This document shows positions 11,079 to 22,600 of a stretch of 64,000 nt of DNA, in pieces. The translations under genes were made by a program, and so were the position numbers. The stretch is from Vitrella brassicaformis CCMP3155 (lineage: Eukaryota; Protista; Chromerida). Numbering within the stretch: position 1 is the stretch's first letter; each line of letters opens with the position of its first letter. The notes beneath the pieces are model-generated. The model ran no database searches. It saw only the letters and a program-made list of their open reading frames with translations, and had not been told where the DNA came from. The DNA lies in NCBI GenBank assembly GCA_001179505.1, contig CDMY01000364.1:1-64000 (forward strand), in the 5' to 3' direction.

Positions 11079-12760
11079 ATGGAGCCGCTCACTCGAGTGA
11101 ATGCCACATCGCAGCTGGACCTCCAGGTCGTCACGCTGCTCGAGTCCCTTGATGAGCGGCGCAAGGACAACACCTACGACATCAGCAAAGCCCTGACGCA
11201 GCATGGCGCATCTGACGGCTCGGCGGCCTCTGGTGACGATATGCTCGAACTGAATGTCGGCGGGAGTCAGTCGTGTGTCCGCCGGAAGCACCTGACGAGC
11301 ATTGAGGGCACTGTGCTGGCGGCCCTGTTTTCGGGCCGGTGGGACGGGCGGCTCATTCGCGACGCTGACAATCGCATTTTCATCGACATGGAGTCCGAGG
11401 CGTTCGAGAAGGTCCGCAACACGCTGTTTGAGGGCGGCAAGGCGGCCGTTGACCTGCTCATCACAGAGATAGCCAACCGCAACTACAGAGGTACTCACGG
11501 CAACGAGATGAGTGCAATGTGTGTGTGTGGACGGCCTGTGCCTCTGCCCCTTTGTGTGTGTGCAGGTCTTCATGACTTCTGGGTGCGTCGGCTGCTGTCG
11601 CCCATCGAGAAGCCCTCCCGCAAGCGCATCCGCACCGACGAGGCGCCCTCGGTGTCGGCCGGCGGCGTGGATGAGCTGCGGGGGTTCTGCAAGACCGTCG
11701 AGTCGTTCCTCAAGGGCTACTTGGCGGAGAAGGGCAAAGTGGACGAGGAGGTGCAGCAGCAGAAGCACCAGTACGACGGCCTCATCAAGGAAGTCATGGT
11801 AGGCAGAGAGGGGGAGGGATCAGGGCGAAAGATCTTCGTCAGTGTGTGTCTGTGTTTCTGTGTGCTCTTTAGGCTGTGAGTGCCTTCCTGAAGCCCGTCA
11901 GTGGTGACGATCCCATTCGCTCGGTGGAGGTCTGCGGCCATCTCATCGCGACGGCCGAGTCCACACTCACTGAGATGGGGAAAGTCGCACTGGCGAGCAG
12001 ATTCCAGCTGTAAGTGACCACCACACACACCACACACGAGGCGGGCAGAGAACAGACGTTTCCCTGTTGGTCGCTTAATGTGTGTGGCCAGGTGGCCCGC
12101 TGCCGTCGAGGATGTGTCAGAGGAGCACATCCGTCGACTGGTCGACTACCACCGCCGCAAACGACACGCCGCCGCCGTCACTGACGAGTGTCTGCAGGGC
12201 TGCCTGGCTGTGCCGCTCAAGATGGGCAACGGCCCCAAGCAGGACTTCTTCAACAAGACAGCCGCCATTTACGGTGTCGATCTCAGGTACGCCAGCCGCC
12301 CGAAGGAAAGACCCATTGGATGAGATGGTCGAATCTTTCCCCTCTGTGTGTGTGTGTCACATGGATAGCGTCAAGTATGAGGAGAGCCCGCTGGGAGTGC
12401 GCTACGAGATTGTGACGGCGGGCACCGGCCCCAAGCCGCAGCTCGACAGCCACATCCAATACGACTATACTGAGTGGCGCAATGGATTCGGCAGCGACTC
12501 AAAAGTCTTCAACCTCCAGTGAGTGAGCCAGCCCGTCTTGTCAGCATCCGTCTGCGCGCATGTGTCATGCCTGCCGTAGTGGTTGCAAGAGCTCCGTGTC
12601 GGCCCTGAGCAGTTGGTCGCGTGAGGCCTTGACGAGCATGACTGTCGGCGAGACGCGACGCCTTATCGTGCCCTCAGACGTCCGCAAAGTGTCTGTCTTA
12701 TTTTTCTACGACACGCCGTCGTACGCGGAGCTCAAGCTGGTCGACATTATCAGCAGGTGA
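11079..12760 (+). CDS. BTB + coiled coil + second BTB-like unit + FKBP-like domain
   Basis: NVGG...FSGRWDG BTB, then SVEVCGHLIATAESTL...LVDYHRRKRH. A phase-2 intron leads to SVKYEESPLGVRYEIVTAGTGPKPQLDSHIQYDY...|GCKSS...EALTSMTVGETRRLIVP...AELKLVDIISR*. Confidence 0.8.
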
Positions 12761-12815
12761 ACATGGCACACACTCGACGCGGAGATCCTCTTTGCTGTCT
12801 TTGTGATTCATGTAG

Positions 12816-14398
12816 CGGCAAGCCGGTCGCTGCTGCTGCTGCTGCTGCTGCTTCTGCTCCTGCTCCTGCTGCCCAAACCAAGTGAGTCCATTCACGTGCA
12901 CATGCACTTAGCCACAAGACGGTCTGCCTGTCTGTTTGCTGTCTGTCAGTCTGTCTGTGGCGCCCAACACCAGCAGACATAAAGAAGTTCAGGAGAAGTA
13001 CAAGAAGCTACTTTCTCGGATAGCGCGTAGCCGCACTTCCTGTTTGCCTCCTCCTGGAGCCACAGGTGAGTCGAGTCCAACGCCACTCGCCTCATACAGG
13101 TGCGCCCAACCACCTGTGTCACAACCGTGCGGCTACAGCCGTTCAAGGGGCACCACCACGGCCAAGAAGGTCAAGGTACGTTTGATTGCACACATGACAT
13201 CACCGGTGGGTCCGTCTCGCCATCCTGCCTGCCTGTGTGTGCCATATTGTGTCGTTGCTGTCTTGTGTCGGGTTTACGATTCCAACGCGCCCAAGAGGGC
13301 CCGTAGCGCATACATTCTCTTCAAGATGGACCGCCGCGACGAAGTCATCAGCCAAGACCCTGACTTGTATGGGCGCGTGACGGTACGCTCACACACACAC
13401 ACACACACACACACGCCCCGACCGATGCCCATCAATCAGACGGTGGCCATCCATGTGTGTGTGTGTGTGTGTGTTGTCTGGATGGATCGATGTCTTCGTC
13501 ACTCAGGAGGTGTCCAAGATATGTGGGGCCGAGTGGAAGAGCATGACGAACAAGCAGAAGAGGCCTTACCAGATCAAAGCCGAGAAGGACAAGGTCAGGC
13601 ACACACACATACACGGACACAGGCACAGGGGGGTCACTAATTGTGCACGGCGCCCTATGTGTGTGTATTGTCTATGTGTCAGGCGCGTTACGAGCAGGAG
13701 CTCATCGAGTACCACAAGCAATTGGCGGCCGCTGACTCCGACCACCAGTAGAGCGAACACACCACCCCGCACACAGGCAAACAGCGATCGATGCGGTACC
13801 AACCGTCCGTCTCTGCCTGCCATTCTTTGTGTGTCATGTAGCGGCAAGCCACAGAAGGACGGCGCGCCGGTCGCTGCTTCTGCTGCTGCTGCCGCCGCCA
13901 ACTGCAGCCCTTCAACGGCTACGGGCACCACCACGACGGCCAAGAAAAAAGCGCCAAGAAAAGTCAAGGTACGTTTGATTGCACACATACATGAAGGATG
14001 GGCCTGCATCGGTCGTGTGTTTGTTGGTTTCAGACGTCAGTCAGTCATCCTCTTGCATATACTCTCTTCACGATGGACCGCCGTGAGGCCCTCATCCTCC
14101 AGCATCCTGACCTCAGAGGGAGCGCTGGACGAGAGTGCTGGACGAGTTGTGATATATACGAGAAGAGGTTGGCCAAGATGTTGGCTGCCGAGTGGAACAG
14201 CATGACGGACAAGCAGAAGAGGCCTTACGAGACTCAGGCCAAGAAAAAGGTCACACAGATGCACACACGAGCTCGTGGACGGTGCACTTGTGTGTGTCGG
14301 CCATATGGTGTGTGTGGGCTGTGCGTCAGGCGCGTTGCCAGCGAGAGCTCAACGAGTATTGCAAGCGATTGGCGGCCGCTGACTCCGACCAGCAGTAG
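12816..14398 (+). CDS. Two tandem HMG-box units (second degenerate); separate gene or spliced 3' extension of the upstream BTB-FKBP gene
   Basis: DSNAPKRARSAYILFKMDRRDEVI...EVSKICGAEWKSMTNKQKRPYQIKAEKDKARYEQEL, then a second unit YTLFTMDRREAL...AAEWNSMTDKQKRPYETQAKKK. Both units begin with the same acceptor tcatgtag|CGGCAAGCC. Confidence 0.7.
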
Positions 14399-14825
14399 AG
14401 CGAACAGACTATGCCGCACACAGGCAAACAGCGATCGATGCGTTACCAACCGTCCGTCACAAGCAATTATGGGCCGCCTTCGTCGGCGGATGGTCCACAC
14501 GAATCGCATGGACAGGGAGAGTCTGACGAGCCGCGTGATACATACATGTACACCCCCTAAGAATGCTATCTATCCCACTGCACAGGGCGAAGTAACAAAC
14601 AACAATACTACTGGCACCAACACACACAGACTAAGCTACTCTACCAGCGACCCATGTGGCCGAAACTGGTCACTCGAGCACGGACACACAGATGCACACA
14701 CAGGCAGACAAGCAGAGACACAAACGGCAGGCAGGCAGGAAAGCGCTGACTAATCCGCAGGCAGACACTCATTACATTCATATTCATTCGACACAGAAAA
14801 ATCACCACCTCTGCAGACACGTACG

Positions 14826-15909
14826 TCAGTGACGTACAGTGCGCTGTGTGTGAAAGCGTCGGAAGCCGGAACTGGGAGGGGTGCCCAACGTCTGGCCAGC
14901 ACACATACACACACACACACACTCACAGACGTACACACACCTACCGGTCAACCAACGGGGAAAAGTGCGTGTTTGCTCACCGCAGTATAGCGCTGACACG
15001 GGAGTGACGATGAGTCGCCTTCCTCTGCACACACACATCCACACACAACACAGCCCAAGTGTATCGATACCACTGGTTGTGCGTATGGACTGTTCGTTCG
15101 TTCGCACCGCACCCACCCGCAGCGTGGCCTCCAGCGCTTGTCTGCACGCCTGCACCTTCCGTCCTTCGTGATGATGGTCGGCTGGAGGAGGGGGAGCGGG
15201 CGGCGCTGACGGAGCAGCCATCCCTTCATCACTGCTGGGCAACCTGATCGGGTCATCCACACACACACAAACACACACACATAAACATACACAGCGGTGA
15301 AGTGCACACACCCCCTGACGTCTTGTGTGTGTCTGTCGGTCACTCACGGTCTTCTGTTGTTGATCTTGTTGGACAGCCGCACCGCCATAGCAAAGTCGGC
15401 CGCTTCCTGCGTGGTGGTTGGGGCACCGGCAGCCGCCCGCAGCTGCTCGACGATGTCACGCAGGCCGTAGTTGACGTGCACATCGGTTTCAGCGGTCTCC
15501 CTCCTGATCATGATTGAAGTGAAAATGTTGTGTGGGTGTGTGGAGTGTGGTGTGTGAGCGGTATCTACCTACCTGCACTTTGGGCAGACGGCAACGTGGC
15601 GGTGGTTCCTGGCGATGAGCCCCTCAACACACTGGAGATGCGAGCAGGCAGGTAGGCAGCAAACAAACCGACACACATACAGGTACATGTGGCACGAAAG
15701 GACTCACTCACCTGAGCGCAGAAGGAGTGGCCTGACAGCCAGATGGAGGGATAGGCACACAGGGACAACAAGTCATACAAACACCCACTCCTGACCCGTC
15801 CGTCTTTGTGTGTTTCCCACTGACCGCATCGGAGCCCATGAGGCTGCCTGTGGGCATCCTCATGATTGTACTCCTCCAGACAGACGCCACACTGCGGGAT
15901 GGAGGCCAT
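14826..15909 (-). CDS. RING finger + UIM-like motif protein (RING cassette copy 3) with an unrelated Pro-rich C-terminus, no FKBP
   Basis: MASIPQCGVCLEEYNHEDAHRQPHGLRCG|HSFCAQ|CVEG...VAVCPKCR|RETAETDVHVNYGLRDIVEQL...QEAADFAMAVRLS. A phase-2 intron leads to LPSSDEGMAAPSAPPAPPP. Confidence 0.7.
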
Positions 15910-16159
15910 CTCGCGTCAGATCTGCCACACACAACGGGCAACAGAGAGGTGTGTGTGGTTGTCAGATTGGTGTGGACGGGCAGAAGGATGCCCGCTCACC
16001 TGCCCTCCTGTGTGTCGCTTCAACAAGGGCGATGCGCGCGTGAATGGCCAGATCTTGACCCGGACGTGACAGATAGAGGCCTTCGGGGCAGCAAGGAGGC
16101 CAAGGAAGGGAAAAGGAACGAAACTTGGTGGGTTATTGTGTTTAACGAAAGTCAGCCCT

Positions 16160-16356
16160 AGATCCTAAATCCTGTGGGCCGCAAAAAAGCGCATGTAGGG
16201 TTTGGGCAATTCAGGGTTTCGGGGGCAATTTAGGGTGTAAACCCTAGCCCCAAAAACCCTGTGGGCCACGAAAAAGATTTGGGTGTGGGCAATTCAGGGT
16301 TTAGGGTTTACCAAACCCTAGATGCCCCCCATTGTATTTAGGGTTTAGGGTTTAGG
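16160..16356. repeat. Interstitial telomere-like repeat patch (TT[T/C]AGGG in both orientations)
   Basis: Several TTCAGGG/TTTAGGG/AAACCCTA units, ending in TTTAGGGTTTAGGGTTTAGG at 16337-16356. Confidence 0.65.
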
Positions 16357-16640
16357 ATGTCCACGCCATACGCATTTCAGTTCATCTTCCTATCGACAGC
16401 TGAGCTGACTCACACCCAATCTCAGTCCCCTGTGGCCTTAAACCGACAGCAACGATACATAACACACATGATACCCGCTCAATTCACACCATCCATCTAC
16501 TGCCTCCCTCCTCTCTGTCTGTGTGTGGCACACTCACTGGGGTGGCCTGCCTCTGTACACTGCATGCACTGCAAACAAAACCGGCCGACCGCCCAGAAAA
16601 CTACACACATGACCTGCCTGCCGACTCACTGCTCATTCAC

Positions 16641-18739
16641 TCATTCGGACTGCCAGTCTGACAGGTCAACCCCTCCCTCTCTCTCCCGTGCCTTCCCCCC
16701 GCTGTCTTTCTCTCGTCTTTTGGCCTTCGCGCCGTCCCTCTTGCTGCTCTTCTTCGCCGCTGCGGACCCTGCTTCTGCTGCTGCTGCTGATTCTGGTTGC
16801 TGTCCGTCGTCTCTTTTCACCTTTGTTGTCACCTCTCCTGCAGTCTTCTTGGAAGCGCTGCCAGGAGAGATGCTGCCAGTGGTGTATGTCTTGTTGAAGG
16901 TCTCTTCGCTCGCGTCGGGCGATGCTGTCTGTGTCGCGTTTGCGGCCTTGTCGCTGTCTTTCCCCCCTCCCCTCCGCAGGAAGCCCAGCAGCCCCTTGCC
17001 CGTCGTCGCATTCCTGCCCGTCTCAGCCTCGGTCGCATTCATCATGGTCGTCTCGTTGGCCTCCGTGCGCGTCATGTTTGCCGCCAGCTCTTGAGCTTCA
17101 GGGGGCGCGAGGATATCCATGATCTCCTGGGCAATGTTGGCCGCCTGCACGTCTGTGGATAAGGGCGGTTGCGCCATGGGAGTGGTGGCGTTGAGAGAGA
17201 GTGGTGGGGCGGTGGGTGTGGGAGGTCCTTTGATGCACTTGGCGATCAGGCAGCCGCGGCCCACCTGCCGGACGTCAACCGTCTCGAAACCAGCCCGCCT
17301 GACATAGCAAGAGGGGGCGAATGTCGTGTGTGGCTGTCTGTCCGTCCGTCCGTCCGTCTGTCTGTCTTGCTGGCTGACTTGAGGTAGGTTTTGAGCTCGT
17401 TGACGCTCGAGAAGTAGAAGAAAGAGGTCTGGCGAGCGGCCAGGCCAAAGCCATTAGAGCCAGTCCAGCCACCAACCCTGACGACAGACAGACAGACAAA
17501 CACACCCACACACGTATTCGCACACACACGTGAAGAAATGGATGTGTGGTGTTCTGGCGGCTCACTTGAATGTGGTTGCATAGAACCTCCCTCCCGGCTT
17601 CAGGGCACGATACACCTCGTAGAGCGACTCCTCCAGTGACGGCCAGCAGTGCATCGCCGCACCAGCATGGATCACTGAACACACACACACACACACGACC
17701 ATCCACTCGACACATGCATCATCGTGTAGTGTGGAGCTCGCCCTCCCACCGACCATCGATGGATTCCGTCATGAAGGGCAGCCGTGCGACGTCACACCTG
17801 ACCAGCTCCGGCCTCTGGATGCCTTCCCGCACAAACCCGCCCCAGGTCTCTGTCAGCATCGCCTCAGAAAAGTCCGCCGCGATGACGCGCCCGAACCGCC
17901 CGCTCTTGACCAGACGCCGCGCCATGAAGCCGGGACCACAGCTGAGGTCGAGGGCCACCGATGACGGACCTGCACGAAAGGGAAAGAGAGTGCGTGTCCG
18001 CCGTGTGTGTTTGGTGTGGTTGTGTGGTTGTGTGGTTGTGTGGTTGCCGACCTTCGTTGGGTGAGAAGAATGGTTGTATCTCGGCCCATTCCTTGTCGAT
18101 GCCGGGGAAGCCAGCCCTTGCAAAGTTCTGCCGATAACCCCTGAAACATACGCAGACAAAGACACATACACACACGTGCACGTCCACAAGAAGCGGAGAG
18201 TGTCCGCCATGTTCTCACCTCTCGTAGACGAAAGACAGCAAAGGGTTCCTGAAGTTCTGCGTCTTGACGAGCTCCGACACCGACTGCTGCCACACCGGCC
18301 GCTCAGACACCTCCCGCGGCACCAAGTCGACGTATATCGGGTTCACAGGGTACCTGCACGAGTAGCGCTTCGCCTTCCGATACCCCCGAACCACCAAGTT
18401 GTTGACCACACGCTCGTACTCGGTCAGCGGCTCAAGCGCAACGGGATCTGCCAGCACCGACTCCTTGCCTGTGGCAGGCTCGTTGCCGCCATTGCTGCTG
18501 ATCTCCACATCGGATGGCGGGGCGCCGGCGTCGTCTCGCCTGCTCCTGACGCGGCCGCCGCGTGGTGGGAGAGTGGTTGCCTTGCTGAGCAGTCTTGTGT
18601 GGGTGTGTGGTGTGTCGAGAGAAGGGGAGAGGGAGGGGGAGAGCGGCCGGATGAAGGAAGACAGTGCATGGCTGGTCAGGGGCTGAAGAAGCAGGAAGAT
18701 GCCAGAGGTGGCGAGGGCGAGAAGGGAGGGCGGGATCAT
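16641..18739 (-). CDS. Plastid-targeted SAM-dependent methyltransferase (UbiE/type 11; similar to plant plastoglobule methyltransferases) with a low-complexity C-terminal extension
   Basis: Signal peptide + Phe leader (MIPPSLLAL...HALSSFIRP); motifs SFVYERGYRQNFARAGFPGIDKE, ALDLSCGPG (motif I), IAADFSEAML, RCDVARLPF and HAGAAMHCWPS...LKPGGRF. Confidence 0.85.
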
Positions 18740-19674
18740 GCTGCTGGAAGATCTTGACAGCTGCTGACGCCTGATGCCTCCTGCGTCTGCCGCTGACCTG
18801 CAAACTTGTGATTGCGAGCTCCCACATGGGGCGTTCGTTCGTTCGTTCGTTCGTTCGCACACGCACATGGGGCAGATTCTTATTGCAAAGAAGAGGTTTC
18901 CAGCTCAGTCACGCTCGAGCAGGCTGTCTCAGGGTGAATAATCGCACCAAAAGATGCAAAAAGGCGAAAAAACACCTGATGGATAAGACCTGACCTTTCC
19001 CTTCCTCTTATGCCTTTCCTGTTCTCTGCCTGTCTGGCCTCGTCTGGCCTCGTCGTGTCCTACAAGACCAAACAAACACTTATATGACCTTACAGACAAC
19101 CATGGTAGGTATATGCGGTAGATACACACATACGGTACACATGGCATACATAAACGCACACCTGCCTCGCCTGCCTGCCTGCCTGTCTGTCTGTCTGCCT
19201 GTCTGCTTGCCCTGGCTCCAGACAGGCGCCCGGCTACTAAAGACACAACGCGACAGCGACGACCGATCAACCAACCAACCAATCGAACAATCAAGCAATC
19301 GAGCAATGGATCAAGCAATCACTCCCTCCCTCGTGCACCCCATTCCACCACCAGCACCCGCCTTCCCTTCCCATCTGCCTTGCCTTGCCTTGCCTTGCCT
19401 TGCCTGCAATCCAATGGAAAAAACGATGACGTATGCAGGTATGCAATGCCATCGACTACACCACCCATCCTCTCACCCCACTCTCACCCACTCCCTGCCT
19501 CCCTCTCTCTGTCTCTCTGCCTGTCTGTCTGTCGACAAAACCATCACGCCCCGTACCGTACACGCAAGCAGTCACACCTGTGTCGCATACGAAAATATGA
19601 TATGGCCGGCCATCCATCTCCTTCTGTGTCTCACATTATGTGCCGGTCGACCGACCGACCGGCCAGTCGCTCAC

Positions 19675-22600
19675 TCACTCAGCGCGAAGGGCGTCCTTGC
19701 CACAGGCGGGGCACCACAGCGTCCGCGCGTAGCACCGCACACTCTGCGGCACCGGCATGCCCTCCGCCTGCAGCCGACCCATCTCGTCTTTGGCGCGCTC
19801 GTGCCGCCCCCTCCACTCCTGCCAGCACGACTCGCACAAGCACCGCTGGTTGCAGGGGAAGAATGTGACGACGGCAGCGGCCTTGCGGCAGGAGACGCAG
19901 CTGCAGGAGGTGAGAGTCTCCTTTACGCGGTTGGCGGCCTGCTGCTTGTGGAGGAGGGCCGTCTCCTGTCTGGTGGCTTGTTTGGCGAGCTCTCGCAGGT
20001 GGGTCTTGGCGGTGGCGATCTCGTGCATGAAGGCGGCGATGGCTGCGGGGGTGGCGGAGATGAGGGAGGAGAGCCGGTGGGCCGTCAACCTGATAAGTGG
20101 CCACACACATGAATCCAAGGACAGACATCAGAGTGAGTCTCTCTCTCTCTCTCTCTGTGTGCGCGTGGATGTGGGGAGGGGGGGGGGGGGGGGCANNNNN
20201 NNNNNNNNNNNNNNNNNNNNNNNNNNNNNNNNNNNNNNNNNNNNNNNNNNNNNNNNNNNNNNNNNNNNNNNNNNNNNNNNNNNNNNNNNNNNNNNNNNNN
20301 NNNNNNNNNNNNNNNNNNNNNNNNNNNNNNNNNNNNNNNNNNNNNNNNNNNNNNNNNNNNNNNNNNNNNNNNNNNNNNNNNNNNNNNNNNNNNNNNNNNN
20401 NNNNNNNNNNNNNNNNNNNNNNNNNNNNNNNNNNNNNNNNNNNNNNNNNNNNNNNNNNNNNNNNNNNNNNNNNNNNNNNNNNNNNNNNNNNNNNNGGGGG
20501 GGGCAGTACCCTTCGTCCGCTTTGCTCTGCAGGACGTATCGTTGGTGCTCGAGGTCCCTCAGCTCCACCTCCAGCGTGGCGCACTCCGACTGCAGATCAG
20601 ATATGCGCCGATCCAGCCTGACACACCGACACAGACACAGACACACAGACACGATGAGAAACCTCCCGTCTCGTCTTTGACTGTCGCCCACTCGTCGATT
20701 TCGTTGGTGGTCCACTTGGTCGCCTGTCGCACCTGCTCATCGGTCGGCGCACCGCGGAGCAGACCAGAGACTATCTCATCTGCCGATGGTGGTGCCGGTG
20801 AGGGGGCCATGCTGACAGACACACGTGGACACACCACATCCATAGACCAAATGACTGGGTGGTGGGCGGCTCTCTCATGGAGGGTCTCCCTCCCATCTGT
20901 TGTCCTTCCTACCCTTTGCAAGGGGGTGACGACACCCCAACCCCACCATTTTGCCCACCAGCCGTCCCTTGCTGCTGCTGGTGATGGTACATGGTGGCTG
21001 CCTGCCTGTATAGAGCGTCGAGGCGCTTGTCCTCCTCACCAATGCGCGCGGCAAAGGCCCGCACATCGGTGGGAGACGCCAGTGCCAGTAGAGCCTCACG
21101 CGTCAACCTGCACACACAAAGACAATACAGGAGGGATCGTGTGCCTGTCTGGATGTGGTGGACATGATGGCTGGGCTTCTCCTTGTTACTTGTGTGTGGA
21201 AGTGCCATGGTTCTTGAGCTGTCTGATGGACTCCTGCAGCTGGCCCTTGCGATCGGTGAGGCGTGTGCGCGTGTCCAACAGGGCGTCGTACGACGACTCA
21301 CAACTGACGAATAGACAATGCACACAGACAGCCACGTGCAGCGCCTCTACCGACGCCTTTGGCTTTTCCTTCTCTGCGGCCGTACCTCTGTTTCTTGAGC
21401 AAAGCAGCAGTGAGCTGCACTACCGCCTCTCTCACAGGAGCTGCGGCTGGTCCGCCAGCCACCACACGATGAGGCGCCCTGCGAGGTGCTGCCCCTCCTG
21501 TCGACGGTGGCAGAGCAGGCCAGTGGCTCGACACAGCCCTGACCGAACAAAGGCACGCTTGCATCGATCAAAGACACAGGGGCTTTTGATCTCTCACACA
21601 CCCGTCGTGGTCGCGCAGAGACGGTGGCTTGCTCGGGGTCTGCTGTGCTGGCGCTGGGCTGGAGCTCCTGGCGGCGTCCCACTCGTTCCAGGCTTCCTCA
21701 AACTCTCGCCACGACTCATTGACGTGCCCAGCTGCCCCGCCACGGCCATTGCAACCGTTGCTGTTGCTGTGGCTGTTGCTGTGGCCGTTGTGGTGTGTGG
21801 GTGAGCAGGCGGTGCTGTTGCTGGCCATGCTGGTGAGGGAGGCCTGTGTGAGGAAGGCTGGCGTGGCGATGTTCTTGGGCGTCGTGACTGGCGCAGTAGT
21901 GGTGGCCGCGACGATGGCCATGGTTGCAGGGGGGGCCGGGTGGCGGGAAGAGGACTCCTGGCCGCCGCTGTGCCCGACGGAAGAAGTGCTGCCCGCTTTG
22001 GCCTTGTTGTTCTTGCCTTTGCGGCGACGCGCCGAGGTCCATGCTGATGTCGATGCCGATGTGTGCTCCTGATCTAACGCCGCTTCATTGGTAGCCATAG
22101 CTATGGTAGTGGCCGACTTCACCGACTTCTCTGCAGCAGCGGCTTGCTGCTGCTGTGACTGTTGCTGTTGCTGCACCGCATCCCCCGCGTTGCTGTCGTC
22201 GAGCTCATCTGGAACACTGTTGCCGGCCGATTCGCTGGCCACAGGTCGGACGGCTGCCTCCTTGCCGCCTCCCATCTTGTTCTTCTTTCTGTCTCCCTTT
22301 TTCTTGGCGGCCTCCTTGGCCATGAGCTCGGAGGCCACCTTGTCGGTGTGCCACTGCCGGTGGGCCGCAATCAGCCGCGACGCGATGGGCCGCACGACGA
22401 ACGCGTAGAGCGCCAGCAGAAGGATAACCACACACACCTGCCAGACAGAGACAGAGAGAGAGAGAGAGAGCAGCAGAGGTGGATGGATGGATGGACGGCA
22501 GGTGGGCAAAGGGGCCGACCGACGGGCAGGCAGGCAGGCTTGTGTGGGTAAGAGTTACCATGGGCAGATAGGCCTGCATCTCCTGTGGGCTGGGGAAGCG

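Noticed and set aside
20173-20505. Poly-G runs flanking the N gap as a G-quadruplex element
   Set aside because: They sit inside an intron at an assembly gap; length and sequence are unreliable.
20542-22072. Long plus-strand ORFs such as 20542-21804 and other antisense ORFs over GC-rich exons
   Set aside because: Shadow frames of real minus-strand genes with no domain signal.
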